NCBI GenBank assembly: GCA_014879445.1
Contig: JACSSC010000058.1
Coordinates: 39,536 to 103,535, forward strand
Source: Candidatus Competibacteraceae bacterium
GTDB taxonomy: Bacteria; Bacteroidota; Bacteroidia; CAIKAF01
Direction of reading: 5' to 3'
DNA length: 64,000 nucleotides
Under the pieces are notes generated by a model. That model worked only from the letters and a program-made list of their open reading frames with translations. It was not told where the DNA came from and ran no database searches. The position numbers and the translations under genes were made by a program. Shown here piece after piece: positions 20,840 through 30,868 of this stretch. Numbering within the stretch: the stretch's first letter is position 1; each line of letters starts with the position of its first letter.

Positions 20840-21748
20840 ATGAACCTTTTTTTTAACAAACAGACATCAGGCATATATCATTTCAGGTCGTACATGGCTG
20901 TTATCCTCATTACGCTGGGTTTCTTCTTTTTGGCTCAGATTCCCTTAGCAAATGTTGTGGCTCAAGCCGGCCAATCAAATGTTCTTTATTCACCGGCTAT
21001 TCAGCAGTTGATGCCCTATCCTTTGTTTTTTCTGCTAATCAATCTTCCATTTATTGCCGGTCTTGCTGCTTTATTGATTTTTTTCTGGTTATTTCATCGC
21101 TGCAATCCCAAAACGATAATCACCTCAGCCAATAGATTTCGTAAGGGAATGTTTGGTTGGGGATTATTCTCGGCTCTCATCGCTATTTTTATCACCGATT
21201 TGTATTATTATATCAAAGATCCATCAAATTTTATATGGCAATATTCCGCCGACCAATTTTGGACTTTCCTTCCTTTTGCCCTATTGATTTTCCCCCTCCA
21301 AATCGGATTTGAAGAAATTTTTTTTCGCGGTTATTTATTTCAAGGAATAAGCAGAAGCACACGTAGCATCATGATCGGATGGATATTAACATCAGCCCTA
21401 TTTGGGTTGGCACATAGTTTCAATCTCGAAATCAGAGAATTTGGATTTTGGAAAATGCTGCTCGTTTATATTACACTAGGTATGGGGTTGGGGCTAATTA
21501 CTATTTTAACAGAAGGCCTTGAATTAGCACTAGGATTTCATTTGATGAATAACCTCTATGTTGCATTAATCAAAACCTTTCCAGGTAGTTCATTAGATAC
21601 TCCTGCACTTTTTATGAGCCCACCACCCGACACTCAGTTTATTATTATTGAAACCATTTTTGGCATTTTACTTTTTATAATTTTGGCTTTAGCCCCTTAT
21701 TTAAAAAAAATACCTAAGCAACCCTTTTCAATAAATAACCGTTTATAG
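20840..21748 (+). CDS. CPBP (CAAX/Abi) family intramembrane metalloprotease
   Basis: QIGFEEIFFRGY, SALFGLAH, GLELALGFHLMNN; multiple TM helices. Confidence 0.92.
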   Translation: MNLFFNKQTSGIYHFRSYMAVILITLGFFFLAQIPLANVVAQAGQSNVLYSPAIQQLMPYPLFFLLINLPFIAGLAALLIFFWLFHRCNPKTIITSANRFRKGMFGWGLFSALIAIFITDLYYYIKDPSNFIWQYSADQFWTFLPFALLIFPLQIGFEEIFFRGYLFQGISRSTRSIMIGWILTSALFGLAHSFNLEIREFGFWKMLLVYITLGMGLGLITILTEGLELALGFHLMNNLYVALIKTFPGSSLDTPALFMSPPPDTQFIIIETIFGILLFIILALAPYLKKIPKQPFSINNRL

Positions 21749-21753
21749 GCAAA

Positions 21754-22467
21754 ATGAGATTGATGATAAACACTTTTCGATACCTAATTTTACTTGCTAT
21801 GATATTTGTATTTTCCTTGCCGGGAAATGCTCAGGATGTTGAAACTGAAGATTTAAGCCCTCCACCCCGCAGAGGATACTTATTTGATGTAATGCTTGAT
21901 ATGGGTGTGCCTCACTATGTTTACAATCCTGCCAACGCAGGTGCTTTTGAAGCCATTGGCAATATTAGTGCAAGTTTTCATACACGGGTTTGGAAAAATC
22001 TTTCTATTGGCCCGATGTTACGATTTACCGGATTTAATATTTGGAATCCCCGCTTTAATCAATCTAATCCTTTAGCATTAACTTTTATGGCTACTGCCGA
22101 TATCCGCTATGAAGTTCGGCTAAGCGATCGCTTCTCATACATTCCTGCCATCAATGCAGGGGTTGGTTTTATCTATTACAACAACTTATTATTACCCAAA
22201 AAAGGTGAATTTCATACACCACCAAAAACGCTTACTGATTGGGGCGCTATTGTGAACATTAACAATGGATTTTACTATTTCGTTAAACCAAACAAACAAA
22301 TGGGAATTGGCCTGATATTAGGCGCAACCTACTTTTCTCATGAGTTTAGCAAAAAAGATACAGGTCTTCAAAGTGACGAAACGCTTTATAATAAAAGTGA
22401 CGAGGGGCCTTCTATCAATCTTACTATCGGGTTTGGATTAATCACAAAATTTGGTCGTGCAGAATAG
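21754..22467 (+). CDS. Putative outer-membrane beta-barrel protein
   Basis: Signal peptide (GNA-Q), alternating amphipathic strands, terminal INLTIGFGLITKF. Confidence 0.6.
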   Translation: MRLMINTFRYLILLAMIFVFSLPGNAQDVETEDLSPPPRRGYLFDVMLDMGVPHYVYNPANAGAFEAIGNISASFHTRVWKNLSIGPMLRFTGFNIWNPRFNQSNPLALTFMATADIRYEVRLSDRFSYIPAINAGVGFIYYNNLLLPKKGEFHTPPKTLTDWGAIVNINNGFYYFVKPNKQMGIGLILGATYFSHEFSKKDTGLQSDETLYNKSDEGPSINLTIGFGLITKFGRAE

Positions 22468-22478
22468 TTTTATTAAAA

Positions 22479-23954
22479 CTAATCTGGCATATACTGAAAG
22501 TTAAGCGCTCCGCACTTATCCAAATCTGAAGCAATCGTTAATCTTCGCTTCGACCCATTCGGTTCAATAACAGCAATGGCAGCGGTATTCGGGTGAATAC
22601 GTCCTAGATTATGAGCATATAATATCAGATAATTATTTGTATTCGGCAATACTTTAATCTTAACTCTCTTTTTCTCTTTTGTAACCTCATACTCTTCTAA
22701 CACCCATACTCCATTGATGTTAAGTGAAATTGTATCACCATCATAAACTGAATTATCCCAAATTTCGATTTCAAACTCTTCTTGTTTAACAATAAAATCG
22801 CCTACTTTCTGCACTTTTCTATCTCCTACTTCTGTTGGAATATTATTTTCCGTATAAATAACATTGGGTTTATTTTCAATAACAACCTGAATCGTATCTT
22901 TCACCTCAACATCAAATACTTGCACAGTATCAGGATCTATAATTGTGATTAAGGTATCTTTCTCGGGTTGAGGAAATGACCATATCTTTATCGCTCGATC
23001 ATATCCGGCAGTAATAATAATTGAGTCATTTTTCCAAAATAAAAAAGATCGAACAACATCCTTATGTCCCAATAATACCTGCTGCAACGACATATTGTCT
23101 GATTTGTAAATATTTACTCTTTCACTATCATCTCCAGAAATAAAGAGTGACTTATTGCTATTAAACACAATACGACTGTATCCTCTACCATCACTGCTGC
23201 CGGCGGAAATGGTTTTGTTAAACTTGTATTGAGAACCATTCCAATTCCATCGTATGACTTTTCCATCACACCAACCATACACCCAATCTTTTATAGAGGT
23301 AATATTATTCACATAAAACCCTGTCCATAGTGCATCTATCAACTTATCAGATTTATAATCCCAAATCATTACACCATACCCCATGCTGAACATGATATAT
23401 TGGTTTGAGTAATCAAGAATTCCATCTGTGATACCATAATTAGTCGTAGAACTATTGGGTAAATAAACGGTTTGAACATTTGATGTATTTGTAAGAGATG
23501 CTTTAAGAAGGCCGGTAAACTGACCGCTGGTTTGTAAGGCATAGCCGCCGAAATATACATGTCGATCATCAGGAGTTAGAACTCCAAAATTAACACGATC
23601 GTAGGGAGCCGATATGGTATGTAGAAGATTTCGAGAAGAAAATTCAAATACTTTAACTTTTCCATCATCACCTGCCGTAACAAACTTGTCGCCACGTGTA
23701 TTAAAAAGTATTGAATTGATGGATTTTTGATGAGCTCTGATTTTCTGAATTACTTGCATACTCTGTAAATCCCATATAAATAGATACCCTCCATAATCTC
23801 CACTAAGCATATGCTTGCCATCCGGAGCAAGCACAATAATTTCTACTTCGTGTTTGTGATCTGTTTTGGTGTCTAACAATACATAGGGCTGTTGAAGAAA
23901 TGCAGGAATTGCCAAACACAATAATAGGAGCGTTGAAAGCAGTCGGTTTCTCAT
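22479..23954 (-). CDS. Secreted WD40-repeat protein with uncharacterised C-terminal beta domain
   Basis: AHQKSIN..VTAGDDGKVKVF, GHKDVV..ITAGYDRAIKIW; C-terminal WDNSVYDGDTISLNING..AHNLGRIHPNTA. Confidence 0.85.
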   Translation of the reverse strand: MRNRLLSTLLLLCLAIPAFLQQPYVLLDTKTDHKHEVEIIVLAPDGKHMLSGDYGGYLFIWDLQSMQVIQKIRAHQKSINSILFNTRGDKFVTAGDDGKVKVFEFSSRNLLHTISAPYDRVNFGVLTPDDRHVYFGGYALQTSGQFTGLLKASLTNTSNVQTVYLPNSSTTNYGITDGILDYSNQYIMFSMGYGVMIWDYKSDKLIDALWTGFYVNNITSIKDWVYGWCDGKVIRWNWNGSQYKFNKTISAGSSDGRGYSRIVFNSNKSLFISGDDSERVNIYKSDNMSLQQVLLGHKDVVRSFLFWKNDSIIITAGYDRAIKIWSFPQPEKDTLITIIDPDTVQVFDVEVKDTIQVVIENKPNVIYTENNIPTEVGDRKVQKVGDFIVKQEEFEIEIWDNSVYDGDTISLNINGVWVLEEYEVTKEKKRVKIKVLPNTNNYLILYAHNLGRIHPNTAAIAVIEPNGSKRRLTIASDLDKCGALNFQYMPD

Positions 23955-24045
23955 GATTTTTTTCACTTGTACAAATAATCAAACGCAAAGTTCATATAAT
24001 CTGTGTAAATTTTATTTATTTTATCTTTTTTTTGTAAATCACTCT

Positions 24046-25548
24046 ATGATGAAAAGGAAAGCACTATTGCTGATAATACTATTATTATTTGTTCAGCATC
24101 TGATATCGGCGCAGGTCAAAACCGCCGGAACTGGAGGTCGGGCATCATTGGTACAATACATGCAATCCATCAAAAACATGGATGGGTTGGGTGGCGCCAA
24201 TATTGGGATTAGCGTTAAATATGCCGATACGGGAGAGCTGATTGCCGAGCAAAACAGCCAACAGGCCATTGTACCTGCATCTGTTACTAAGTTAATTACA
24301 ACGGCTACTGCATTATTAACATTTGGTGATGGGTTTCGATTCACAACATCTTTGCAATATGATGGCGAATTGGATAATGGCATATTGAAAGGTAACCTAA
24401 TTATTCGGGGAGGAGGTGACCCTACGCTGGGTTCGGAACGCTTTAGCGACATGCGTGTTGATAAAATTCTGCAAGCTATCCTAAATTTTCTCAACAAAAA
24501 AAGCATTCATACAATAGAAGGCGATATCATTGGCGACGATAGTGTTTTTGAACAGTCCTTGGCACCAGCAACATGGAATTGGGGAGATTTGGGTAATTAT
24601 TACGGCGCAGGGGCCTGCGGACTCAGCATAATGGAAAATGCATATAGTATTTTTTTTAGCTCTGGGGCCATTCAGGGTGATTCAACTGTTATTACTTCTA
24701 CCAAGCCGCCAATCAAAGAATTGCAAATGATTAACGAAGTGAGATGCGGAAAAAAATATTCCGGTGACAATGCCTACATTTTCGGGTCTGAATATACCTA
24801 CCTGCGTTATGCTAGAGGCACAATTCCTCCTGGCGAAAAAGATTTCAGCATCAAGGGGGCTTTACCCGACCCGGCTTTGTTCACGGCACAATTATTAGAA
24901 CAATTTTTGCGTTCAAATCAAATTATCATAAAGGGCACAGCCACTACTCCCAGAATATTAAAGATAGATGGAAAAAAAATGTCGGTAAATGAAAACAGAA
25001 TTACCATTGGGGAAATCAAATCGCCAACTATTGGCAGCATAGTGTCTCAAACAAATATTCACAGCAACAATTTGTTTGCCGAGCATTTGCACAAAGCAAT
25101 AGGTTATCGTTTATATGGTATGGGAAGCAATTATAATGGCAATGAGGGAATTCGTAGTTTTTGGGTTAAAAAAGGACTGAATCCCGATGCACTTTTTATT
25201 GCTGATGGTTCGGGGTTGTCAAGAAACAATGCCATAAGTGCAGATAATTTCACACGTCTTTTATCGTTAATGGTAAAAGAAAAAACATTTGAAAGTTTTT
25301 ATGCTTCGCTACCTATTGCAGGCAAAACAGGTACATTAAAATCAGTTGGTGCCGGCACTTCGATTGAAAATAATCTAAGGGCAAAAAGTGGTTCAATGAA
25401 TTTAGTAAGGTGCTATGCCGGATATGTAAAAAACACAAAAGGAAGAGAAATTTGTTTTGCAATCATGTTTAATAACTTTACATGCCCAACAAAAGAAATC
25501 AAATCTATTATTGAAACGCTGATGATAAGAATTGCTCAATCTGAATAA
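24046..25548 (+). CDS. dacB: D-alanyl-D-alanine carboxypeptidase/endopeptidase (PBP4, peptidase S13)
   Basis: PASVTK (SxxK), GGGDPTL, SNN (SxN), DGSGLSR.N, AKSG; start at 24046. Confidence 0.95.
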   Translation: MMKRKALLLIILLLFVQHLISAQVKTAGTGGRASLVQYMQSIKNMDGLGGANIGISVKYADTGELIAEQNSQQAIVPASVTKLITTATALLTFGDGFRFTTSLQYDGELDNGILKGNLIIRGGGDPTLGSERFSDMRVDKILQAILNFLNKKSIHTIEGDIIGDDSVFEQSLAPATWNWGDLGNYYGAGACGLSIMENAYSIFFSSGAIQGDSTVITSTKPPIKELQMINEVRCGKKYSGDNAYIFGSEYTYLRYARGTIPPGEKDFSIKGALPDPALFTAQLLEQFLRSNQIIIKGTATTPRILKIDGKKMSVNENRITIGEIKSPTIGSIVSQTNIHSNNLFAEHLHKAIGYRLYGMGSNYNGNEGIRSFWVKKGLNPDALFIADGSGLSRNNAISADNFTRLLSLMVKEKTFESFYASLPIAGKTGTLKSVGAGTSIENNLRAKSGSMNLVRCYAGYVKNTKGREICFAIMFNNFTCPTKEIKSIIETLMIRIAQSE

Positions 25549-25597
25549 TGAACCATATCTTTCTTTATTTTTATTCAATTTTTATACCCCATTCATT

Positions 25598-26305
25598 ATG
25601 AAAACAACAGCAAAAAGTATCTTACCTTTCATATATTTTGCAACGGCTCTGATAGAAATTACAGGAGAGTTGATGCGAACTACTGACACAACACCGTGGC
25701 TTGTATATATCAGCAAACCGCTACTCATGCCAATGCTTATGATATGGTTTTTATTTCATGAGAATGCTTTATCTTCTGTTATTCGCAAATGTGTTTTTAT
25801 TAGTTTAATTTTCTCAATGGGTGGTGATATTTTTCTTATGTTTCATGCTGACCATCTTTTTGTATTTGGTTTATCGTCATTCCTTCTGGCTCACGTTTTA
25901 TACATTGTCGGATTTTGGCATCAGGCATCCGGCTCATTACCTTGGGGAGGTCGTTTCGTCCTTTCATTACCTTATATATTATTTATATTAGGGTTTCTCT
26001 ATATACTTAAAGGACATATTTTGCGAAATGACGCAACAGCGCCTTTGTTTATACCTGTTGTAGTTTACGCATCAGTCATAGGGATCATGGGAATGGCAGC
26101 ATCATGGCGTGTATCTAGTACAAATAGAAGAAGTTTTTATTTCATCTTATTCGGCGCTTTATTATTTATTCTTTCCGACTCCATGATTGCCATTAATAAA
26201 TTTGTGAGCCCAATTCCGTATGTGGCTGTTTGGGTAATGAGCACCTATGTAACTGCACAATTTTTAATTGTAAAAGGCACATTAATACATTCAAAAATAA
26301 AATGA
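25598..26305 (+). CDS. YhhN-family lysoplasmalogenase
   Basis: SKPLLMP, FSMGGDIFLM, FGLSSFLLAH..YI, GALLFILSDS, TY.TAQ. Confidence 0.92.
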   Translation: MKTTAKSILPFIYFATALIEITGELMRTTDTTPWLVYISKPLLMPMLMIWFLFHENALSSVIRKCVFISLIFSMGGDIFLMFHADHLFVFGLSSFLLAHVLYIVGFWHQASGSLPWGGRFVLSLPYILFILGFLYILKGHILRNDATAPLFIPVVVYASVIGIMGMAASWRVSSTNRRSFYFILFGALLFILSDSMIAINKFVSPIPYVAVWVMSTYVTAQFLIVKGTLIHSKIK

Positions 26306-27495
26306 CAAGAAAATCGCGATCATACATTTATTTGTCGCTGGGAGTACTTATACTTTTCACCGGATTTTATTTTTGGGGGCCTATTCGTTTTGCTAATGGC
26401 AGGGGCCCACTAAACTCATTCGACACGATGCCTGTTCAAACCGATTCAGCCATTATTACGATTGCATTCACCGGCGATATTATGGGACATACACCTCTTA
26501 TTGAAGCCATGTATCAGCCACAAACCAAAACCTATGATTACACTCCGATTTTCAAACATGTTGCTCCGTATTTTAAGCGTTGCGACTGGGTTATAGGTAA
26601 TCTAGAAGTTACGCTGGCGGGTGCGCCCTACACCGGCTATCCTACTTTTTCAAGCCCCGACGCACTTCTCAACGCTTTGCTTGATGCAGGATACACTACT
26701 CTGATAACAGCAAATAATCATTCATATGACAAAGGGAAAAATGGATTTACTAGAACATTGCATGTACTAGATTCAATGAAAATGCCACATACCGGAACAT
26801 TTAGAGACGCATCTGAAAGAGATTCTCTTTACCCATTAATTTGGGAATCTCAGAATGGATTTCGCATTGCACTGCTCAACTATACTTATGGCACCAATGG
26901 CATCAAAGTATTACCACCCAATATTGTGAATATGATTGATACTTCGCATATCCGCAAAGACCTGCTTAAAGCAAAACAGCAAGAGGTTGATTTTATTATA
27001 ACCACTTTTCATTGGGGGGTGGAATATCAAAGAATGGAAAGCACACAACAGGCATTAATAGCGCAATTTGCTGCTGATTATGGCGCCGACCTTATTATTG
27101 GCGCTCATCCACATGTTGTGCAACCAATACGCTGGATAACTCCAAAATCTGACAGCACTCATCATGTACCTGTATTTTACTCACTCGGTAATTTCATTTC
27201 AAACCAACGTGATGTATATCGAGACGGTGGCATTATTGCTGAAGTTGTATTAGTAAAGAAAAACAACAAAGTCAGAATACATTCTTATCAATACATCCCC
27301 ACTTGGGTTTACAAAAAAGAAAGCGCTCCTCAAAACTATACCATCATTCCTGTAAGCATGGCTGAAATGTATCCTACATACTTTAATCTGTCATCTAAGG
27401 ACTCGGTAAAACTACATCGTTTTGGATCAGATACCCGGATGTTGCTTCATCCAATTTCTGAAAAAATACCAAAATGGGAATTAATGTCGGAATAA
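26302..27495 (+). CDS. CapA-family metallophosphoesterase-fold protein
   Basis: GDIMGH, GNLE, ANNHSYD, HWGVEY, GAHPHVVQP, YSLGNF; ATGA overlap with the YhhN gene. Confidence 0.92.
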   Translation: MTRKSRSYIYLSLGVLILFTGFYFWGPIRFANGRGPLNSFDTMPVQTDSAIITIAFTGDIMGHTPLIEAMYQPQTKTYDYTPIFKHVAPYFKRCDWVIGNLEVTLAGAPYTGYPTFSSPDALLNALLDAGYTTLITANNHSYDKGKNGFTRTLHVLDSMKMPHTGTFRDASERDSLYPLIWESQNGFRIALLNYTYGTNGIKVLPPNIVNMIDTSHIRKDLLKAKQQEVDFIITTFHWGVEYQRMESTQQALIAQFAADYGADLIIGAHPHVVQPIRWITPKSDSTHHVPVFYSLGNFISNQRDVYRDGGIIAEVVLVKKNNKVRIHSYQYIPTWVYKKESAPQNYTIIPVSMAEMYPTYFNLSSKDSVKLHRFGSDTRMLLHPISEKIPKWELMSE

Positions 27496-27505
27496 AAACC
27501 GAATG

Positions 27506-28144
27506 TTATTCAATAACAGTAACATTAGGATATTTCGATTTATCAAACTCAAACAAAGTATCGTTGAGTTCCTTATCAGTTGTCATCTTTTCGATTTTGT
27601 AAATGTATAACGAGCCATTTTTAGCTAATACATTGGCACGAAGAACTTGATTTTTATCAGTATCTACAAAAAGGCGTACGATTGTAAAATCCTTCTCTTT
27701 GGGTTTTGTTGGATATAAGTCAATGACAGAAATATTTTTCCCATCCTCTTTTTTTGTTTCCTTAACACGCGACTTAAAATTGCTCTCGTAGATAGTAAAC
27801 ATATTTTTGGGTGTAATGGCATCGTCTTCCAGCTCATCTACCGAGATAACCTGCACCTCATTGGTTTCTTTTGAATAAGTATAAACCTTGGTGCCATTAC
27901 AGAAAATTTCCTGGTCTTTCATGGTAACACGATATTTATCATCTTTCAGCTTAAGAACACCTTTGGTTGTTTCATTGATTTTTTGTTCTTTATTTTCAAC
28001 CGTAAAAGAAAATTCCAATTCAACCGTTTTGTATGATTTATTTTTTTCGCTGAGTTTATCGAGTATTTTTTTTGCATCAGCATCTTGCGAAAAAAGATTA
28101 AACATAGTGGCTACAATCAAGGAAAAAGCAAGAATCGTTTTCAT
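27506..28144 (-). CDS. lolA: Outer-membrane lipoprotein carrier protein
   Basis: Signal peptide; AKKILDK..G.L.LK.DKY..NG.KVYTY..NEV..F.FDK.KYP; directly downstream of ftsK. Confidence 0.85.
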   Translation of the reverse strand: MKTILAFSLIVATMFNLFSQDADAKKILDKLSEKNKSYKTVELEFSFTVENKEQKINETTKGVLKLKDDKYRVTMKDQEIFCNGTKVYTYSKETNEVQVISVDELEDDAITPKNMFTIYESNFKSRVKETKKEDGKNISVIDLYPTKPKEKDFTIVRLFVDTDKNQVLRANVLAKNGSLYIYKIEKMTTDKELNDTLFEFDKSKYPNVTVIE

Positions 28145-28168
28145 GATATTCAATTAATTTTTACAAAG

Positions 28169-30667
28169 TTATCTTTTATCTTTCAAAAACTGTTCCAAAG
28201 AAAATAAATCTGGAAGGAGTACCTCTCTTGCCTTACTGCCTTTATTGGGTCCAACAATACCCATCATTTCCATTTGATCTATCAAACGCCCTGCTCTATT
28301 ATATCCTAGATTAAGGCGACGCTGCAATAAAGAAGCTGAACCCTGTTGATGTTGAACAATGATTCTAGCCGCTTCTTCAAACAATTCGTCCCTATCATTA
28401 ATATCAAGGCGAGTTTTATCAGGGTCTCCTTCTTCTCCAATATATTCGGGTAATTTCATGGGTTCGGCATAGCCGGGCTGGCTTCCGATGAATTGAGCAA
28501 TCCTTTCCACTTCAGGTGTATCAACAAAAGGGCATTGAAGACGGATCAAATCACTTCCGGAGCTAAATAGCATATCACCACGTCCTATTAACTGCTCAGC
28601 ACCTCCAGAATCCAGTATGGTACGAGAATCAATTTTTGAAGTAACCTTAAAAGCAATGCGTGCCGGAAAATTGGCTTTAATGGTACCAGTAATGATATTA
28701 ACCGATGGCCGTTGGGTTGCAATAATCAAATGAATCCCAACCGCACGAGCCAATTGTGCAATACGTGCAATAGGTGTTTCCACCTCTTTACCGGCTGTAA
28801 TAATCAAATCGGCAAATTCGTCTATCAGCAAAATGATGTAGGGTAAAAAACGATGTCCGTCATTAGGATTCAATTTGCGGGCTACAAATTTTGCATTGTA
28901 TTCTTTGATTGTTCGAACAGCGGCATTTTCGAGTAATGCGTATCGGTTATCCATTTCAATACACAATGAGTTGAGTGTATTCAGTGCTTTCTTTGTATCG
29001 GTTATAATAGCTTTTTCCTCACCCGGCAACTTGGCTAAGAAATGTTTTTCAATCAATCCATACAGTGTAAGCTCCACTTTTTTGGGATCCACCATAACGA
29101 ATTTGATTTGAGAAGGATGTTTCTTATAAAGTAATGATACCAAAATCGCATTTAATCCAACAGATTTTCCCATTCCCGTAGCGCCGGCCATCAACAAATG
29201 TGGCATTTTAGATAGGTCGTAAATGAAATCTTCGTTGGATATTGTTTTCCCAAGAATAACTGGAAGCTCGAAACGCGTATCTCTAAACTTATCGCTTTTA
29301 ATAACAGATAACATGGAAACAACCTGTGGATGTTGATTCGGAACTTCAATTCCGATCGTTCCTTTGCCAGGTATCGGTGCTATGATACGAATACCTAATG
29401 CAGCTAAACTTAGAGCAATATCATCTTCTAAGTTTTTTATTTTAGAGATACGAACACCAGGCGCGGGTATTATTTCATATAAAGTTACGGTGGGGCCTAC
29501 CGTTGCTTTAATTTTTGAAATATCAATATTATAATTACGAAGTGTTTCAACAATTCGATTTTTGTTTTCCTCCAGTTCGTCTTTGTTTATCTGAATATCT
29601 GAAGCTCCGTAATCAGAGAGCAGATCAGGCATCGGAAATTTATAATGCGGCAAATCAATGGTTGGATCATATTCGCCGTATTGCCTAACAAGCTTTTCTG
29701 ATAAAGATTCATTTTCGTTTGCAGAGGTTTCGATAGTTGGAGGTTCTAGTACAAGCAATGGTTCGGATTCATTTTCTGACTTTGGGGCATTGGTAATTTC
29801 CAAATCTTGGGCGTCTTCAGCATCTTTAATGATGAGCTCGTCTCGTATTTCAAAAGGTGGCAATTCGTCAATAGGACATTCTTCTATTGATTCATCCAGC
29901 TGCATTTCTTCAAATTCGTTTCGATGAGTGTAATTATTTGAAGGCAATGGTGTATCTGGAATTGCAGAAGTTTCGTCTGTTTGAATAGGTTTAGATTTTA
30001 GAAAATTTCCAAATCGAAGATTGGCATTAAATCGAATAACCAGAAAAACAAGAAAAGAAAAAACAAAAAGCAATGCAGAACCTACTCCCCCTATCGTATC
30101 AACAATAAGCGTGGCGAAATTGAGGCCAAACTTTCCGGATAAAATACCACCCCAAAAATTCGGAGCAATAAAACCCAAAATACCGGATACCCAAATAATC
30201 AAAAAAGTAAGCACAGCAATGGCTCGTCCTAACCTCAACATTTTTTTTTGATATAACCATTGCACACCCAACAGAAAGAATATAGGCACAAAAAGGAATG
30301 AAGCGATACCAAACCAGCGATAGATAAAGAAATGAGCCAATTTGGCACCGATAAATCCCATTGAATTTTGAACCGGCTGAATCCCTTCAGACGCAACGGC
30401 AATACTTTGATCAGCTTTCCATGTAAAGAAAAATGAGATAAAAGAAACCAGCAGCATCAATGAAAAGAAGATTAGGAAGAGCCCTGCGACTTTTCGATTT
30501 TTATCATTTTTAAAAAATGCTATAATCTTAGGTGTGGGATGACTTTCGGAAGTTTTTCCCTTACTCTTGCGTTTGGATTTACGGACAGATTTATCCTCTT
30601 CACTCGTCTTTTGAGTGTTTTTGATTGTATTTCTTGGAATCTCTTCGATCTGCTTCTTTGATGCCAT
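28169..30667 (-). CDS. ftsK: DNA translocase FtsK
   Basis: 4-TM N-terminus, GPTVTLYE, MPHLLMAGATGMGKS, IDEFADL, ATQRPS, gamma domain LQRRL.LGYNRAGR. Confidence 0.97.
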   Translation of the reverse strand: MASKKQIEEIPRNTIKNTQKTSEEDKSVRKSKRKSKGKTSESHPTPKIIAFFKNDKNRKVAGLFLIFFSLMLLVSFISFFFTWKADQSIAVASEGIQPVQNSMGFIGAKLAHFFIYRWFGIASFLFVPIFFLLGVQWLYQKKMLRLGRAIAVLTFLIIWVSGILGFIAPNFWGGILSGKFGLNFATLIVDTIGGVGSALLFVFSFLVFLVIRFNANLRFGNFLKSKPIQTDETSAIPDTPLPSNNYTHRNEFEEMQLDESIEECPIDELPPFEIRDELIIKDAEDAQDLEITNAPKSENESEPLLVLEPPTIETSANENESLSEKLVRQYGEYDPTIDLPHYKFPMPDLLSDYGASDIQINKDELEENKNRIVETLRNYNIDISKIKATVGPTVTLYEIIPAPGVRISKIKNLEDDIALSLAALGIRIIAPIPGKGTIGIEVPNQHPQVVSMLSVIKSDKFRDTRFELPVILGKTISNEDFIYDLSKMPHLLMAGATGMGKSVGLNAILVSLLYKKHPSQIKFVMVDPKKVELTLYGLIEKHFLAKLPGEEKAIITDTKKALNTLNSLCIEMDNRYALLENAAVRTIKEYNAKFVARKLNPNDGHRFLPYIILLIDEFADLIITAGKEVETPIARIAQLARAVGIHLIIATQRPSVNIITGTIKANFPARIAFKVTSKIDSRTILDSGGAEQLIGRGDMLFSSGSDLIRLQCPFVDTPEVERIAQFIGSQPGYAEPMKLPEYIGEEGDPDKTRLDINDRDELFEEAARIIVQHQQGSASLLQRRLNLGYNRAGRLIDQMEMMGIVGPNKGSKAREVLLPDLFSLEQFLKDKR

Positions 30668-30690
30668 AACAAGGCCTCGATTTAAGTAAA

Positions 30691-30719
30691 CAAAAATAAC
30701 ATGCTAAAGCATGTTATTT
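30691..30719 (-). promoter_or_regulatory. ftsK -7 element (TATTTTTG) overlapped by a perfect 12-bp inverted repeat
   Basis: AAATAACATGCT-aa-AGCATGTTATTT at 30694-30719. Confidence 0.55.
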
Positions 30720-30868
30720 GCCTTATCAAAAAAAGGATTTCAATATCCCATTGTTGATAATAGGCAAAGGGGGTAAAAGCAAACGAAAAAAAATCAAAAA
30801 ATATTGCAACAAAACAAGATGAAGAAACGATAGCGTGTGATTTAAGGAAGAGTCAGTGCATGAAAAGT

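Noticed and set aside
20840-21748. CPBP 'Abi' gene as abortive-infection defence
   Set aside because: The family name is historical; this is an ordinary intramembrane protease with no defence neighbours
30694-30719. Possible dif/Xer site next to ftsK
   Set aside because: Arms contain ATGTTA but the spacing is 11-4-11 rather than 11-6-11, and there is no XerC-type arm
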